NCBI RefSeq assembly: GCF_009914755.1
Contig: NC_060942.1
From: the human T2T-CHM13v2.0 reference genome, Homo sapiens
Length of the DNA: 64,000 nt
Reading direction: 5' to 3' (one strand)
The translations under genes and the position numbers were made by a program. The notes beneath the pieces were generated by a model. It saw nothing but the letters and a program-made list of their open reading frames with translations, was not told the origin of the DNA and did not search any database. How positions within the stretch are numbered: position 1 is the first letter of the stretch; the number at the start of each line of letters is the position of its first letter. Positions 18,635 through 31,151 of this stretch are shown one piece after another.

Positions 18635-19648
18635 TTACAATTTGGGATGTTTTTGCAGTGTCTGGTACCAGTTGTTCCTTTCCATGTTTAGTGCTTCCTT
18701 CAGGAGCTCTTTTAGGGCAGGCCTGGTAGTGACAAAATCTCTCAGCATTTGCTTGTCTGTAAAGTATTTTATTTCTCCTTCACTTCTGAAGCTTAGTTTG
18801 GCTGGATATGAAATTCTGGGTTGAAAATTCTTTTCTTTAAGAATGTTGAATATTGGCCCCCACTCTCTTCTGGCTTGTAGAGTTTCTGCCAAGAGATCTG
18901 CTGTTAGTCTAATGGGCTTCCCTTTGTGGGTAACCTGACCTTTCTCTGTGGCTGCCCTTAACATTTTTTCCTTCATTTCAACTTTGGTGAATCTGACAAT
19001 TAAGTGTCTTGGAGTTGCTCCTCTGGAGGAGTATCTTTGTGGTGTTCTCTGTATTTCATGAATTTGAATATTGGCCTGCCTTGGTAGATTGGGGAAGTTC
19101 TCCTGGATAATATCCTGCAGTATGTTTTCCAACTTGGTTCCATTCTCCCTGTCACTTTCAGGTACACCAATCAGAAGTAGATTTGGTCTTTTCACATAGT
19201 CCCATATTTCTTGGAGGCTTTGTTCATTTCTTTTTCTTTTTTCTCTAAACTTCTCTTCTCACTTCATTTCATTCATTTGATCTTCCATCACTGATACCCT
19301 TTCTTCCAGTTGAGCAAATTGGCTACTGAGGCTTTTGCATTCGTCATGTATTTCTCGTGCCATGGTTTTCAGCTCCATCAGGTCCTTTAAGGACTTCCCT
19401 GCATTGGTTATTCTAGTTATCCATTTGTCTAATTTTTTTTCAAGGTTTTTAACTTCTTTGCCATGGGTTCGAACTTCCTCCTTTAGCTTGGAGTAGTTTG
19501 ATCGTCTGAAGCCTTCTTCTCTCAACTTGTCAAAGTCATTCTCCGTCCAGCTTTGTTTGGTTGCTGGTGAGGAGCTGCATTCCTTTAGAGGAGGAGAGGC
19601 GTTCTGATTTTTAGAGTTTCCAGTTTTTCTGCTCTGTTTTTTCCCTGT
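18635..19648 (-). pseudogene. L1 ORF1p, start codon mutated and frameshifted
   Basis: KRPNL..IGVPE, QARREW, YPAKLSF motifs in 18635-19195; coiled-coil part 19259-19525; ATG reads ACA at 19648-19646. Confidence 0.92.
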
Positions 19649-20678
19649 CTTTGTGGTTTTATCTACCTTTGGTCTTTGATGATGGTGACGTACAGATGGG
19701 GTTTTGGTGTGGATGTCCTTTCTGTTTGTTAATTTTCCTTCTAACAGTCAGGACCCTCAGCTGCAGGTCTGTTGGAGTTTGCTGGAGGTCCACTCCAGAC
19801 ACTTTTTGCCTGGGTATCAGCAGGAGAGGCTGCAAAATAGCGAATATTGGTGAACAGCAAATGTTGCTGCCTGATCGTTCCTCTGGAAGTTTTGTCTCGG
19901 AGGAGTACCTGGCTGTGTGAGGTGTCAGTCTGCCCCTACTGGGGGGTGCCTCCCAGTTAGGCTACTCGGGGGTCAGGGACCCACTTGAGGAGGCAGCCTG
20001 TCCATTGTCAGATCTCCAGCCATGTGCTGGGAGAACCACTACTCTCTTCAAAGCTGTCAGACAGGGACATTTAAGTCTGCAGAGTTTTCTGCTGCCTTTT
20101 GTTTGTCTATGCCCTGCCCTCAGAGGTGGAGTCTACAGAGGCAGGCAGGCCTCCTTGAACTGTGGTGGGCTCCACCCTGTTCGAGCTTCAGGGCCGCTTT
20201 GTTTACCTACTCAAGCCTCAGCAATCGTAGGCACCCCTCCCCCAGCCTCGCTGCCACCTTGCAGTTTGATATCAGACTGCTGTGCTAGCAATGAGCAAGG
20301 TTCCGTGGGCCTTGGACCCTCCACGCCAGGCACTGGATATAATCTCCTGGTGTGCCATTTGCTAAGACCGTTGGAAAAGTGCAGTATTAGGGTGGGAGTG
20401 ACCCGATTTTCCAGGTGCCATCTCTCACCCCTTTCTTTGACTAGGAAAGGGAATTGCCTGACCCCTTGCACTTCCCGGGTGAGGTGATGCCTCGCCCTGC
20501 TTTGGCTCACATTCAGTGTGCTGCACCCACTGTCCTGCACCCACTGCCTGACACTCCCCAGTGAGATGAACCCGGTACCTCAGTTGGAAATGCAGAAATC
20601 ACCCATCTCCTGCATTGCTCACACTGGGAGCTGTAGACTGGAGCTGTTCCTATTCAGCCATCTTGGCTCCACACCCTC
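19649..20678 (-). promoter_or_regulatory. L1 5'UTR (internal sense and antisense promoter), CpG-decayed
   Basis: YY1-site region agccatcttggctcc near 20656-20670; ORF0 homology on + strand. Confidence 0.8.
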
Positions 20679-20932
20679 GTGAGGACGTTTTGTGTCCTCT
20701 TCTCCTGCACTAGCATCAGGGGAGAGAAATGCTGTCAGTGACTCAGCTATTTGGCCAGGGCTCAGTTTCAATAAGGAGCTGGGTCATACTTATGTCTTTC
20801 CTCTCCTCTGTCAGTCAGATCACCACAACTTAATCTGATAGGCTCACTGTTCCTGCTTGTTTTGAGGTGGGCAGGCCTATGCATACCTGTCTCCAAAGTC
20901 TGTGAAAGCTGAGAAGCCAAAGAGAGTGGCTA

Positions 20933-21123
20933 TCACGCCATTCTCCTGCCTCAGCCTCTCCGAGTAGCTGGGACTACAGGTGCCTGCCGTCATACCCGGC
21001 TAATTTTTTGTATTTTTAGTAGAGATGGGGTTTCACCATGGTCTTGATCTCCTGACCTTGTGATCCACCTGCCTTGGCCTCCCAAAGTGCTGGGATTACA
21101 AGCGTGAGCCACTGCGACCGGCC
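20933..21123 (-). mobile_element. 3'-truncated, tailless Alu of AluYd lineage
   Basis: Sense reads GAGATCAAGACCATGGTGAAACCCC (12-bp deletion of TCCTGGCTAACA) plus CTACTCGGAGAGGCTG and CACGCTTGTAATC; ends after GAATGGCGTGA. Confidence 0.85.
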
Positions 21124-21127
21124 ATTT

Positions 21128-21237
21128 ATGAATACCTTCGTGGGGTCTGCCTCTGGGATGGTATCACCCCCAATTAGTACTGGACTTCTTTAGCTAGTCT
21201 TCTTCAGAAAGGTAGATCCCAGAGCTATCAGCACCTG
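21128..21237 (+). repeat. Copy 2 of the ~110-bp local direct repeat
   Basis: atgaataccttcgtggggtctgcctctgggatgg...cagagctatcagcacctg matches 13651 onward. Confidence 0.95.
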
Positions 21238-22468
21238 GGAACGTTTCTCAGAAGAAATGTTTAATAGGGACTTACCAATAAAAGCCATGTCTGTGTCTCA
21301 GGCTGTGTGAGAGAAGATGGTGGATTTCCATCAGAAAAGAGGGGAACAATTGAAGCACAATAACAGAAAAGTTGTTTTATCTAAGAGCAAGATCTATAGT
21401 AAGTTTCTGTTCTTACACAAAGAACAGCAGATAAACTGGAAATCTTAGAGGCTTTCCTGGAGCAGAGGCTAATCAGAAGCCAACATGGCAGATTAGCTTC
21501 CAAGACAGAGTTGCTTTAGCCTACACACTACTCTATCCTTCTGAGGCTATATCCCCACCCCATTCTAAACTTATGTGAATGTATTATACCCATTTTTCCT
21601 CGTAGCCTAAAATCAACTCTATATACAGACCAAATGCTATTTTCTGCAAATTCTAATATTTGAGAGTCCATTCTGTGGTGGTCTAACTCATGACTTTCTG
21701 GCATAACTTTTTTCTTTCAACATTTGGTGTAGATAAAATGAGTTTTATATAATTCATTGTCCCTGGATCCTCCTGGCCAGACATTTAAAGCTAAACTCCC
21801 ATCTGATTCTGAAGAGCTTATAATACTTTCAGAAGAGATAATGTTTGCTAAATTTTCATGCACATATTTAAAACATGCAGTGAGCATAGTTCCTCAGAAA
21901 GGTGATCCAACTCAAAGGTTATATAATTTCATATGTGTTCTCCTTCTGTTTATATAATGAAAAACACTGTTAAATTCTGAAGGATAAATAGAAACCCTTT
22001 TCTGCATAGACATTCTCCCTTAGTCTTTCATCAGAGGTTATTTAGTTTTTCTGAATTTTGAAGGAAGATTAAGGAATTTTAATGGAGGGTTGAAAATGGC
22101 AAATAATCACAAGCATCTTCAAAAGGCCAATAAATTCATTTATCTGCCAGCTAATAAAATATTTAACTCCATTTATGGCTAGAATTAATTTCATGATATT
22201 TTCAGGAAATGAGAAGAGTTGTTCATTTGGAATGAAACATTAAAAATATTAGTGATTTTGTAAACAACTTTAAGAATACAATAAGCATATCTGTAGATTT
22301 ATTGGTCTTTCATTGGTAAGCATTGGCAATGAAAGTTCCAATAAGAACTGGATTTGGGGGTATGGGGAACAAATATGGCCATCTAGCAAAAGCAACATGA
22401 ACATATGTAAATGTTAAAAAATCATCTCTTTTATTCTGAATGAATTCAACAATATGCAGAGTGAATAA

Positions 22469-22819
<351 letters not shown>

Positions 22820-23531
22820 TAATGTTTTATGCATTATTTTTAGAAAAATAAAATTTTATTAAGTTGATTTTATGAACAGAAGTAGTTATTATAATGGAAA
22901 GACTGGGAAACATTATTAATGGTGCATCTAAAATAAGGATGCTTGAAAACACACAATGTTTTCTCCAAACTTTTTTAGACATAAATATTACGGAAGTTCT
23001 GTACTAAAGTTGTGCAATATAGTTTTGGTTTTGCATTATAATATTTAAAATACATGTCAATCATATACTTACTGGAATTAGATACCCTGTTAGTAGCTCT
23101 AAATATTACTTTTATATTTTTAAATGATTTTATGATATTTATAATATTAATATAATTTTGTAACAAACTCTGACCCTACTGATATTATATCCTTCTCAAT
23201 TTGCAGTTGTTTCATCTTGGAACCTTTTTATTTTTTAAAGGAATAATTACAATCAATAATGTTTTAAAATTCCTATAAGGCATAGTTTCTGATTTATGTG
23301 TAATATAATGATTCACAAAGCATATTTTCAAAGAAGGGTTAAATATATTAGGAAAATTCTTTGTTCTGTATTTTGCTCTTACAACCCACAAATCCCATCA
23401 GCATAGGAAACATTCTGAGTCTAATGGTAATACAGCCTCTTACATTGTTGGTCCTTACATTTCATAAAGTCCTGTCAACATGAAATTATTTTACAGGGAA
23501 TTTTGGGAAGCAGTATTTAAAAGAAACACAG

Positions 23532-23834
23532 GGCTAGGCGCGGTGGCTCATGCCTGTAATCCCAGCACTTTGGGAGGCCGAGGCAGGCAGATCATGAGGT
23601 CAGGAGTTCAAGACCAGCCTGGCTAACATCGTAAAACCCCATTTCCATTAAAAATGCAAAAATTAGCCAGACGTGGTGGCGGCTGCGTGTAATTCCAGCT
23701 ACTCTGGAGGCCGAGGCTTGAAACCAGAAGGTGGAGGTTGCAGTGAGCTGAGATTGCGCCACTGCACTCCACCCTGGGCGAAACGAGCAAAACTCCGTCT
23801 CAAAAAAAAAAAAAAAAAAAAGAAGAAGAAGAAG
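23532..23834 (+). mobile_element. AluS (Sg-like) with poly(A)+(GAA)n tail
   Basis: Dimer with a small right-arm deletion; perfect TSD aaagaaacacag 23520-23531 / 23835-23846. Confidence 0.95.
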
Positions 23835-24399
23835 AAAGAAACACAGTGGTACCTCCTAGGCAATCCCCATGCAATGCTCTTGGCTTAGAGTTTAACTGTG
23901 ATTAACGGTCCTCTTCCACAAGGTCAGAGATGGAGTCAGTGGCCCCTCTGGTTCCTTTCTAAATTTGGAAAAGGTGGTATCAGTCTTTCAGGTTCAGTGG
24001 AAGACAGACCTGCTGCTCAGCGTTTAGATCATTGAAAAGTAGTTGTTAGGTGATTCTCCCTTTAACTCAATAATTATCATCATTTTTTTTGCTGAAAAGA
24101 ATAAGGATGGAAAAAATCAGAATGGACAGAACAATATGCCATAAAGTCAAGCAGTGCGGTAGAAGCATCTTCACATCCTGAAAACAAATGTAGCTACTTT
24201 CAAAAAAGATTCTTGAGAAACACTGTGTAATATTTGAAGAAAAAAGAATCTTGCTCACAATTTTTGCTTTTGGACTTCTTGTTGAAACAGACTATATTTT
24301 TATTCAGTGTTTGCTGAGTGTTTTCCTGTTCACATAATGCCCAGTATGTGCCCAGAAGTGAGCTGTGAAAGCAACCGTACACTTTTGCTAGTAGGAAAG

Positions 24400-24550
24400 T
24401 AGCTCCATCTCAGCTAAGCATACTCCATGTCAGAAGCAACCGGATGACATTAAGGATGCAGTCTATGGGAAATAATGTGTTCTTTTCTTCCCAAATGCTA
24501 GCTAATGAGAACCAGGTCCTTGGCCTCATCAGCACTAAGCTCTCTTAGCT
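24400..24550 (-). mobile_element. Possible MamSINE1-like tRNA-derived SINE relic
   Basis: gaaccaggtccttggcctcatcagcactaagctct resembles the reverse complement of a tRNA-like SINE head. Confidence 0.35.
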
Positions 24551-24609
24551 GTAACCTGGTTCAGTATTACAGCACTAAGCTTTCTTAGCTATAACCTGGC
24601 TCAATATTA
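24530..24609. repeat. 40-bp tandem duplication
   Basis: cagcactaagctctcttagctgtaacctggttcagtatta / cagcactaagctttcttagctataacctggctcaatatta (4 mismatches). Confidence 0.95.
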
Positions 24610-25851
24610 CTAATAGAGGTGACAGCCTCTAAGACATTAGAGGAGAAAAGGTAAACTTTTTTGCATGTCATAAATAATTTCTAGGTGATGAGTTTCTATC
24701 ATAAAAGTGTACTATGCATTGGAGAAACACTCCATGTATAAAGAAAACCTACAAAATGTGGACTGATCATTATCAAGCCTTAAACAAATGTGATGATTGA
24801 CAGCAAAAGAGGTTTTCTCTGCTATAGAGAATAATGTCTTGAGAATTTGGAGACCATTTTTATTTTCCGTTTCCCTGTTAGTTTTCTGAATCTTACCCTA
24901 ATCAAGTTTGACCTGTTTCCTTGACCTTTCAATATTATTGGGGAATGAAAAATGTAAAGATGCTTACATGGCATATAGTTCCAGAAATCAACTTATCATG
25001 GAAAAATGCCAATGCAGGATAGGATATGCAGATGATGCAACAGATATTCTCAGCTCCGATCTGTTATCTAGGGCTTTCAGAAGCTTACAGGGTCTCCTTG
25101 CCATCTTATCAGAACCAGAATTTCAAACTTGGAACTCATGATCTTTCTCATAAAATTAGCTACTATCCCCTGAAGTTTACTTTCTGTTGGTGATACCTCT
25201 GTTCTTCAAGGTTCCCGTTTTAAATGGATTGATGCATCTTCCAAGGATCTCTTTGGTTTACCCCCAGCTTTTCAATCCTTGTTTCCTGGCATTCTCTCTT
25301 GAGCTCTACTTTAAGCCACCCTGCCTGTGGACATATCATGAAAGTTTCTCCCTCTGGGCCTTGTTTATGCCCTTTCCTGCTCTGGGGTCTTCCTCACTTC
25401 TTCCAAGCCATCCAAATCCTAACCAAGCACCAGGTCAGTGACCTCATGAATCCAGAATTCCTATTATGTTTTACTTCTTTTGTCAACATCACTACACATT
25501 TCATACCTGATTTCTCATTATCTTGTTTCTTTTCTGTGTACCTCTACAGCTCAACACTGTTATCTTGCTGTGCTGTCCTAGGGACACTGCTATTTCAATC
25601 CTCATACATTGTATGGGCCATGTAATAGATGCTCTATAAATATTTAAAAAGACAGCAGTTGGAACAACTTGGAGGAGATCATCTCACTTAATACATTTTT
25701 TTATTATTGTTGTTTTATGATTTTTGTTATTTGATTTTGCTTTTTTCAATGCCTGGGGTAAAATGAGAGTTCAAGGTGAAGTAATTTATTTACAAACACT
25801 CAAAGTTGAGACTCAACCCAATGCCTTTGATCCCTTCCCTGTGCTCTTTCT

Positions 25852-26407
25852 TTCTTTTTTAAAACAGCATTGTTGAAGTGTAATTCACATGCCATAAAAT
25901 TCACTCTTTTAATGTGTGCAGTTCATGGCTTTTAGTATACTCATAGAATTGTGCAACCATCACCACAATCTGATTGTAGATTTTTATTATGAATCTCTTA
26001 GCAGTGCCCTCCTCACACTTCAGCCGTAGGTAACCACTAGTCTGATTTCTGTCTCTATGTATTTGTGTATTCTGAACATTTCATATAAATGAAATCATAC
26101 TAGATGTGGTCTGTTGTGATTGGCTTCTTTCATTTACTGAAATGTTTTAAGGTTCATCCATTTGGAGCACGTGCCAATATTTTATTCCTTTTGATTGCTG
26201 CATAATATTCTATTGTATAGACATAACATTTCATTTATCCATCCTTCAGATCACAGATGTTTGGGCTGTTTTTACATTTTTACTATTATGAAGAATGCTG
26301 CTATGAATATTTATGTACAAGTTTTTGTGTAAATGCGTGTTTTTGTTTCTTTTTGGTAGACAACTAGATTAATTGCTGAGTCATGCAATAACACTATGTT
26401 TAACCTT
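25852..26407 (-). mobile_element. L1M (L1MB-like) 3' end
   Basis: taattcacatgccataaaattcac...gtgcaaccatcaccacaatc...aatgctgctatgaatatt. Confidence 0.85.
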
Positions 26408-26811
<404 letters not shown>

Positions 26812-26818
26812 AATATTC

Positions 26819-27090
26819 TTTTGAGACAGGGTCTTTCTCTGTCACCCAGGGTAGAATGCAGTGGTGCAAACACTGCTTACTGCAGCCTCAACCTCCTGGG
26901 CTCAATTGATCCTCCTAGAACCACAGGCATGAATAATCATGCCCAACTAATTTTTTTTAGTTTTATTTTTTGTACAGACGGGGTCACACCATCATGCCCA
27001 GGCTAGCCTCGAACTTCTGGGCTCAAGCAATCCTCCTGACTTGGTCTCCCCAAATGCTAGGATTAAAGGTGTAAGCCAATGTGCCCGGCC
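26819..27090 (-). mobile_element. AluJ
   Basis: gcagcctcaacctcctgggctcaa and ctgggctcaagcaatcctcc J diagnostics; internal deletion. Confidence 0.9.
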
Positions 27091-28407
27091 ACATATTCGT
27101 TATTGTTAATGAGAAATGGTCAGTACTTTATGTTTGGGACTTGTCAAGTTGAGTAGACATAAATACTTTTAGGTTTGTGAATAGCAGGTTTCCAAGGTTT
27201 AATATTTAATAAAATTCAAACCTGGTACAGATTGATTACTTCTAAAGGAGATCCTTTTGTATTATAACTACAGGTATAATTATTTTGCAGTCATAAAAAG
27301 TAAGCACTTCAAAGCACTAAAAAATTCCCCCGTGTGAGCACCTTATTGCAAACTTATTACTTTGGGGGGTAGCTGAGAGCTTCCATTGTATCTGAAATAT
27401 TTGATTTCCACTTGAACACAGGCAGCAAAAATGAGTTTATAGAATGTCTCTGAGGTAAATTTAGCCAAAAACAAGATTAATATTAAGTGTTGTCTCTGGC
27501 TTTCTTTCAAAGGAATTTTTTCTCAGTGGGAGGTCATTTCTTCTGTAACCTAAAGCATCATGATTTTTACAGATTTGTCAAAAAATGTTAGCAATTCAAA
27601 CTAGGCAATCTGATTTACACATACTTATGTAAATAGAACATGTAACAGATATGTTGAGTTTAAACTAGCCTCACATAGATTTGGGGAGGAAGGAAATTAT
27701 GCTTTTTCACAATTAATAAAATTTAAAATCACAAGAATTATCACTTTATTTGGCTTATAGAATTAAAATTAAGAAATATTTTTTCTTCCTTTCACCCAGA
27801 GAAATGTTAAGATGAAATGCCTTCTTACATATTCAATAAGCTTCTCTCAAGAATGTGTCTAATCAGGACTTCTCAGCCTTCAATTTTCTCATTTGCAATG
27901 CTATTCTCATTCCCCTTTATTCCCTTTGTTATTTGGCCTTGAAAAAAAATGGCGAGATTCATATCTCTGTCCAACTGCTGAAATCTCACAAGTTTAAAAT
28001 GGCAATGTTTTTATGGAGGAATCGTGGTGCTGTCACGGTGATTTCAGAAAGCCTTACTTCTGTTTTGCTCTCTCTCAGTCTTTATTATGACCACCTGAAC
28101 AGGATGAGGGGCCAAAGACACTGCCACTGTGTGTCAGCTAAAGAGCAGAGGACTGGGCTTGGCCTGCAGTGAGGAACTGTAGGGAATGAGGATGGATGAG
28201 TGGACAAGGAACTAGGGCTGCAAAGACCACCTTTGGGATAGAAGGCAATTGCTTTTTATAGAGTGTAGTCTCCAGGTCATTTACACTAGAAATGTGTTTT
28301 TAGAGGAAAGAATATTGTCCATTAGTGAACAGATGGTCTCAGCAGGAAAGGCATCTCAGGGGCAAGTTTTACTCAAGTTTAGAGTTCACAACAATTATCC
28401 TGATAGA

Positions 28408-28436
28408 TGTGTGTGCGTGTGTGTGTGTGTGTGTGC
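28408..28436. repeat. (TG)n microsatellite
   Basis: Directly visible. Confidence 0.9.
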
Positions 28437-28889
28437 ATGCACGCGCATGCCTGTGGGTATATGTGCACTTGTGCCTGTGCATATGGGATTTTTCTTTTAG
28501 CTTGCTTGACTGGAATGATAAAATAACTAGCGTATTCTTTATTTATTTGCTATAAAATGATAAAATGTGGTTTTAACAAAAAATGTTTTAAAATATTGTT
28601 CATTGAACTTTAACAACACACATACACGAATTTTTCTTGCATTTGCCAAATCAAAACAGGTTTCATCCTGGTGTTCTTAGTTTAACAACAATGGTCTATT
28701 TTACATTAAAGCCTATTAGTCAACCCTGAGCACAAAACTCCATCCAAGGTGGTGACTCCAACTATGACACCCCCTCTCCACCATATCAACCTAGATCTTA
28801 AGTGAAAAAGTACAGGGGAAAATTATTCTCCTGCATGCAAAGAATAGGAAAAGAGAAAGGCATAGAATGTTAAGAATAATAGTCGTAAT

Positions 28890-29135
28890 ATTAATGGCAA
28901 TTACATTAATCATTGTCTTTCAAGTACCTGTTTTGCGCCAGGCACAATGCTAAGTCGTCTATGTATATTGTATTGTTGTTTCTCCTGATAGCTCCATGTG
29001 GTCAAGACTATTATTGAACCCTTTTGGTAGACAAGGAAACTGAGGCAAAGAAATGTTAAGGAACAGTCCCAAAGTGCACAGCTAGATGAAAATCTAGAAA
29101 TTGCACTCTAGAGTCTGGTTGCTCTAGAGTCAGTT
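28890..29135 (-). mobile_element. MIR SINE
   Basis: gccaggcacaatgctaag...gacaaggaaactgaggcaaagaaatgttaag. Confidence 0.8.
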
Positions 29136-30194
29136 TACTCAAGTATAATTTCTGGATTATATGATATCTCTCCGATAAGATGAGTGTTTCCTAGAGGTGA
29201 GCCCCCTAGAGTTTGGGCTGGAGAATGGATGGCAATAGGATAGATTAAGGCTTGGAATGTTGACGGAGAAAGAGCCTTCTAGAAGAGAAATATACTATAC
29301 TTTAAGGCAGGGTTTAGAAAATGCATGTGGTGCATTCATGGGATAATGAAGAATCCAGGCTGCTCCATTGGGCTGTTTATGCTGGAAACACTAGTTGGAG
29401 GGACAGGTAGTTATGCAATTTGTAGTAGACAACCTCTCCCTAGCAAGGTAGAAAAGCAAGAGAGGTAGGAACAAAATTCTGAGTTTTTATTTTTCCATCC
29501 ATATTTTAAGACAGATGCACAATATCTGCAGTTTGACCACTTACCTCAAAAGAGTGCTACCCATAAGCTCCTGGCTCCAAGAATGCTTTTGTTCAAACAT
29601 AGGAGGGGATTTGAAAGATGCTTTGAAGATGGTGGTCTGAATATTTTAACTATAGTAAGGAATTCCTAGTCAATTTTTGTTATTCTTTGTTTTTGGGGGA
29701 GGGGGAAAAGTGCCAAATATTTTCATATAGGAAGAATAGAGTATTCAAAATCTTTCTAAAAACCTAATTATATATGATTAGTTGTAAGATTTTAATCCTA
29801 GAGTTTGGACAGATCTCAACATTAAAATGACGGTTTTGGAAAATTGTTTAAAGATACAAATGTCAATTTGCTTCCTGGGATTCATATACTGGGAGGTTTT
29901 ACCCTAATATGTTTAGAAGGCAGAATTTGGAAACAAAGGGCTCCCTACTTCTTACAGTTTTACTTTGTACTTCATGATGCTGAAAATGTAATTAGCCCCT
30001 CGATACCATATGGCACATTGGTACCCATTGTTATCTTTTTAAAATTATGTTTTAGGGCCCTAACCTATGTAGATTTTAACTCTGCAGATTTATCCAAAGT
30101 ACTTCATCTTATGGCATGATTTTAAGGCTTTATTCATAATTTTTACTTATTATTAAGAGAAAACTCTCTAGGATCTTTTTTCTAGTATAAGCAG

Positions 30195-30425
30195 ATTATA
30201 TTTATAGAGTCCTTACTATGTGCCAGGTACTACTTATTAAAAGTACATTCAACTGGCTTAATTCTCACAATACTTTGTGAGGTAAGTAATATTACCCATT
30301 TTATTGTTAAGGCATAAAATTTTCAATAACTACCACAATGGAGCATAGCTATTACATAGTGGAGCTCAGCGTGAAATCAAACATTTTGGCTCTAGAGATT
30401 TTGCTACTCACCACTGTGCTATGCT
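30195..30425 (-). mobile_element. MIR SINE
   Basis: cttactatgtgccaggtact...taattctcacaatactttgtgaggtaag...cccatttta. Confidence 0.8.
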
Positions 30426-30626
30426 ACAAGGGTAAGGTTAAACCCACATATCAGCCTATATAATACTAGAGTGTTTTGGTTAATAAGTAGGAGCACTTTC
30501 TTTTCTACAATCTAGAAAAGTGCTATTGAAGGGAGGTTTCCTAAGTGGTCTCTGACCATAGATACAGATGAGATATTTAAAGGAGGTTTTTAACTACATC
30601 ACTATGTAATGAGTGGAGGAAGCAAT

Positions 30627-31151
30627 ATGTAATACTTATCTATTATTGCATAAAAAATTACCCCAAAACTTACTGGCTTAAAGCAACAAATATACATCAT
30701 CTGCCAGTTCCTATGAGTCTGGAATCCAGGTATGATTCAGCTGGGTGCCTGTGGCTCAGAATCTCCCACAATGCTGTCTCAAGTTATGAATAGGAGCTGT
30801 GTTTTCATCTGCAAGTTTGACTGGGGAAGGTCTGCTTCAAAGCTCATACATTTGGCTGTTGGCAGGCCCCAGGTACTCTGGCTGTTGGACAGAGACATCT
30901 GTTCCTTGCTCCATGGACCTCTCCATAGGGCAGGTCATAGCAAGGCATCTGAATTCCCTCAGAGCAAGCCAGCAAGACAGGGAAACTCAAGCCGGAAGCT
31001 ATCTTTTGTGACCTTTTTGTAACCACCACTTTTTCTGTATTTTGATGATTAGGAGCAAGTCAGTAGGTCCAGCCATGGGGAGGGGATTACACAAGAGTAA
31101 GGGGTTTACACAAAAGGGATCACTGGGCACCATTTTTGAGGCTGCCTACCA
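30627..31151 (-). mobile_element. MLT1F-like MaLR LTR
   Basis: attaccccaaaacttactggcttaaagcaacaa...gaggctgcctacca. Confidence 0.85.

Larger units (their letters stand above)
20858..21527 (-). mobile_element. ERV1-class solo LTR (subfamily uncertain), interrupted by the 20933-21242 insert
   Basis: TG...CA termini, flanks ctgct/ctact as degenerate TSD; gccaacatggcagattagcttccaagacagagttgctttagcc resembles MER4-group LTR ends. Confidence 0.7.

Noticed and set aside
24530-24609. CRISPR-like repeat
   Set aside because: Only two adjacent units, no spacer, no cas genes, primate context.
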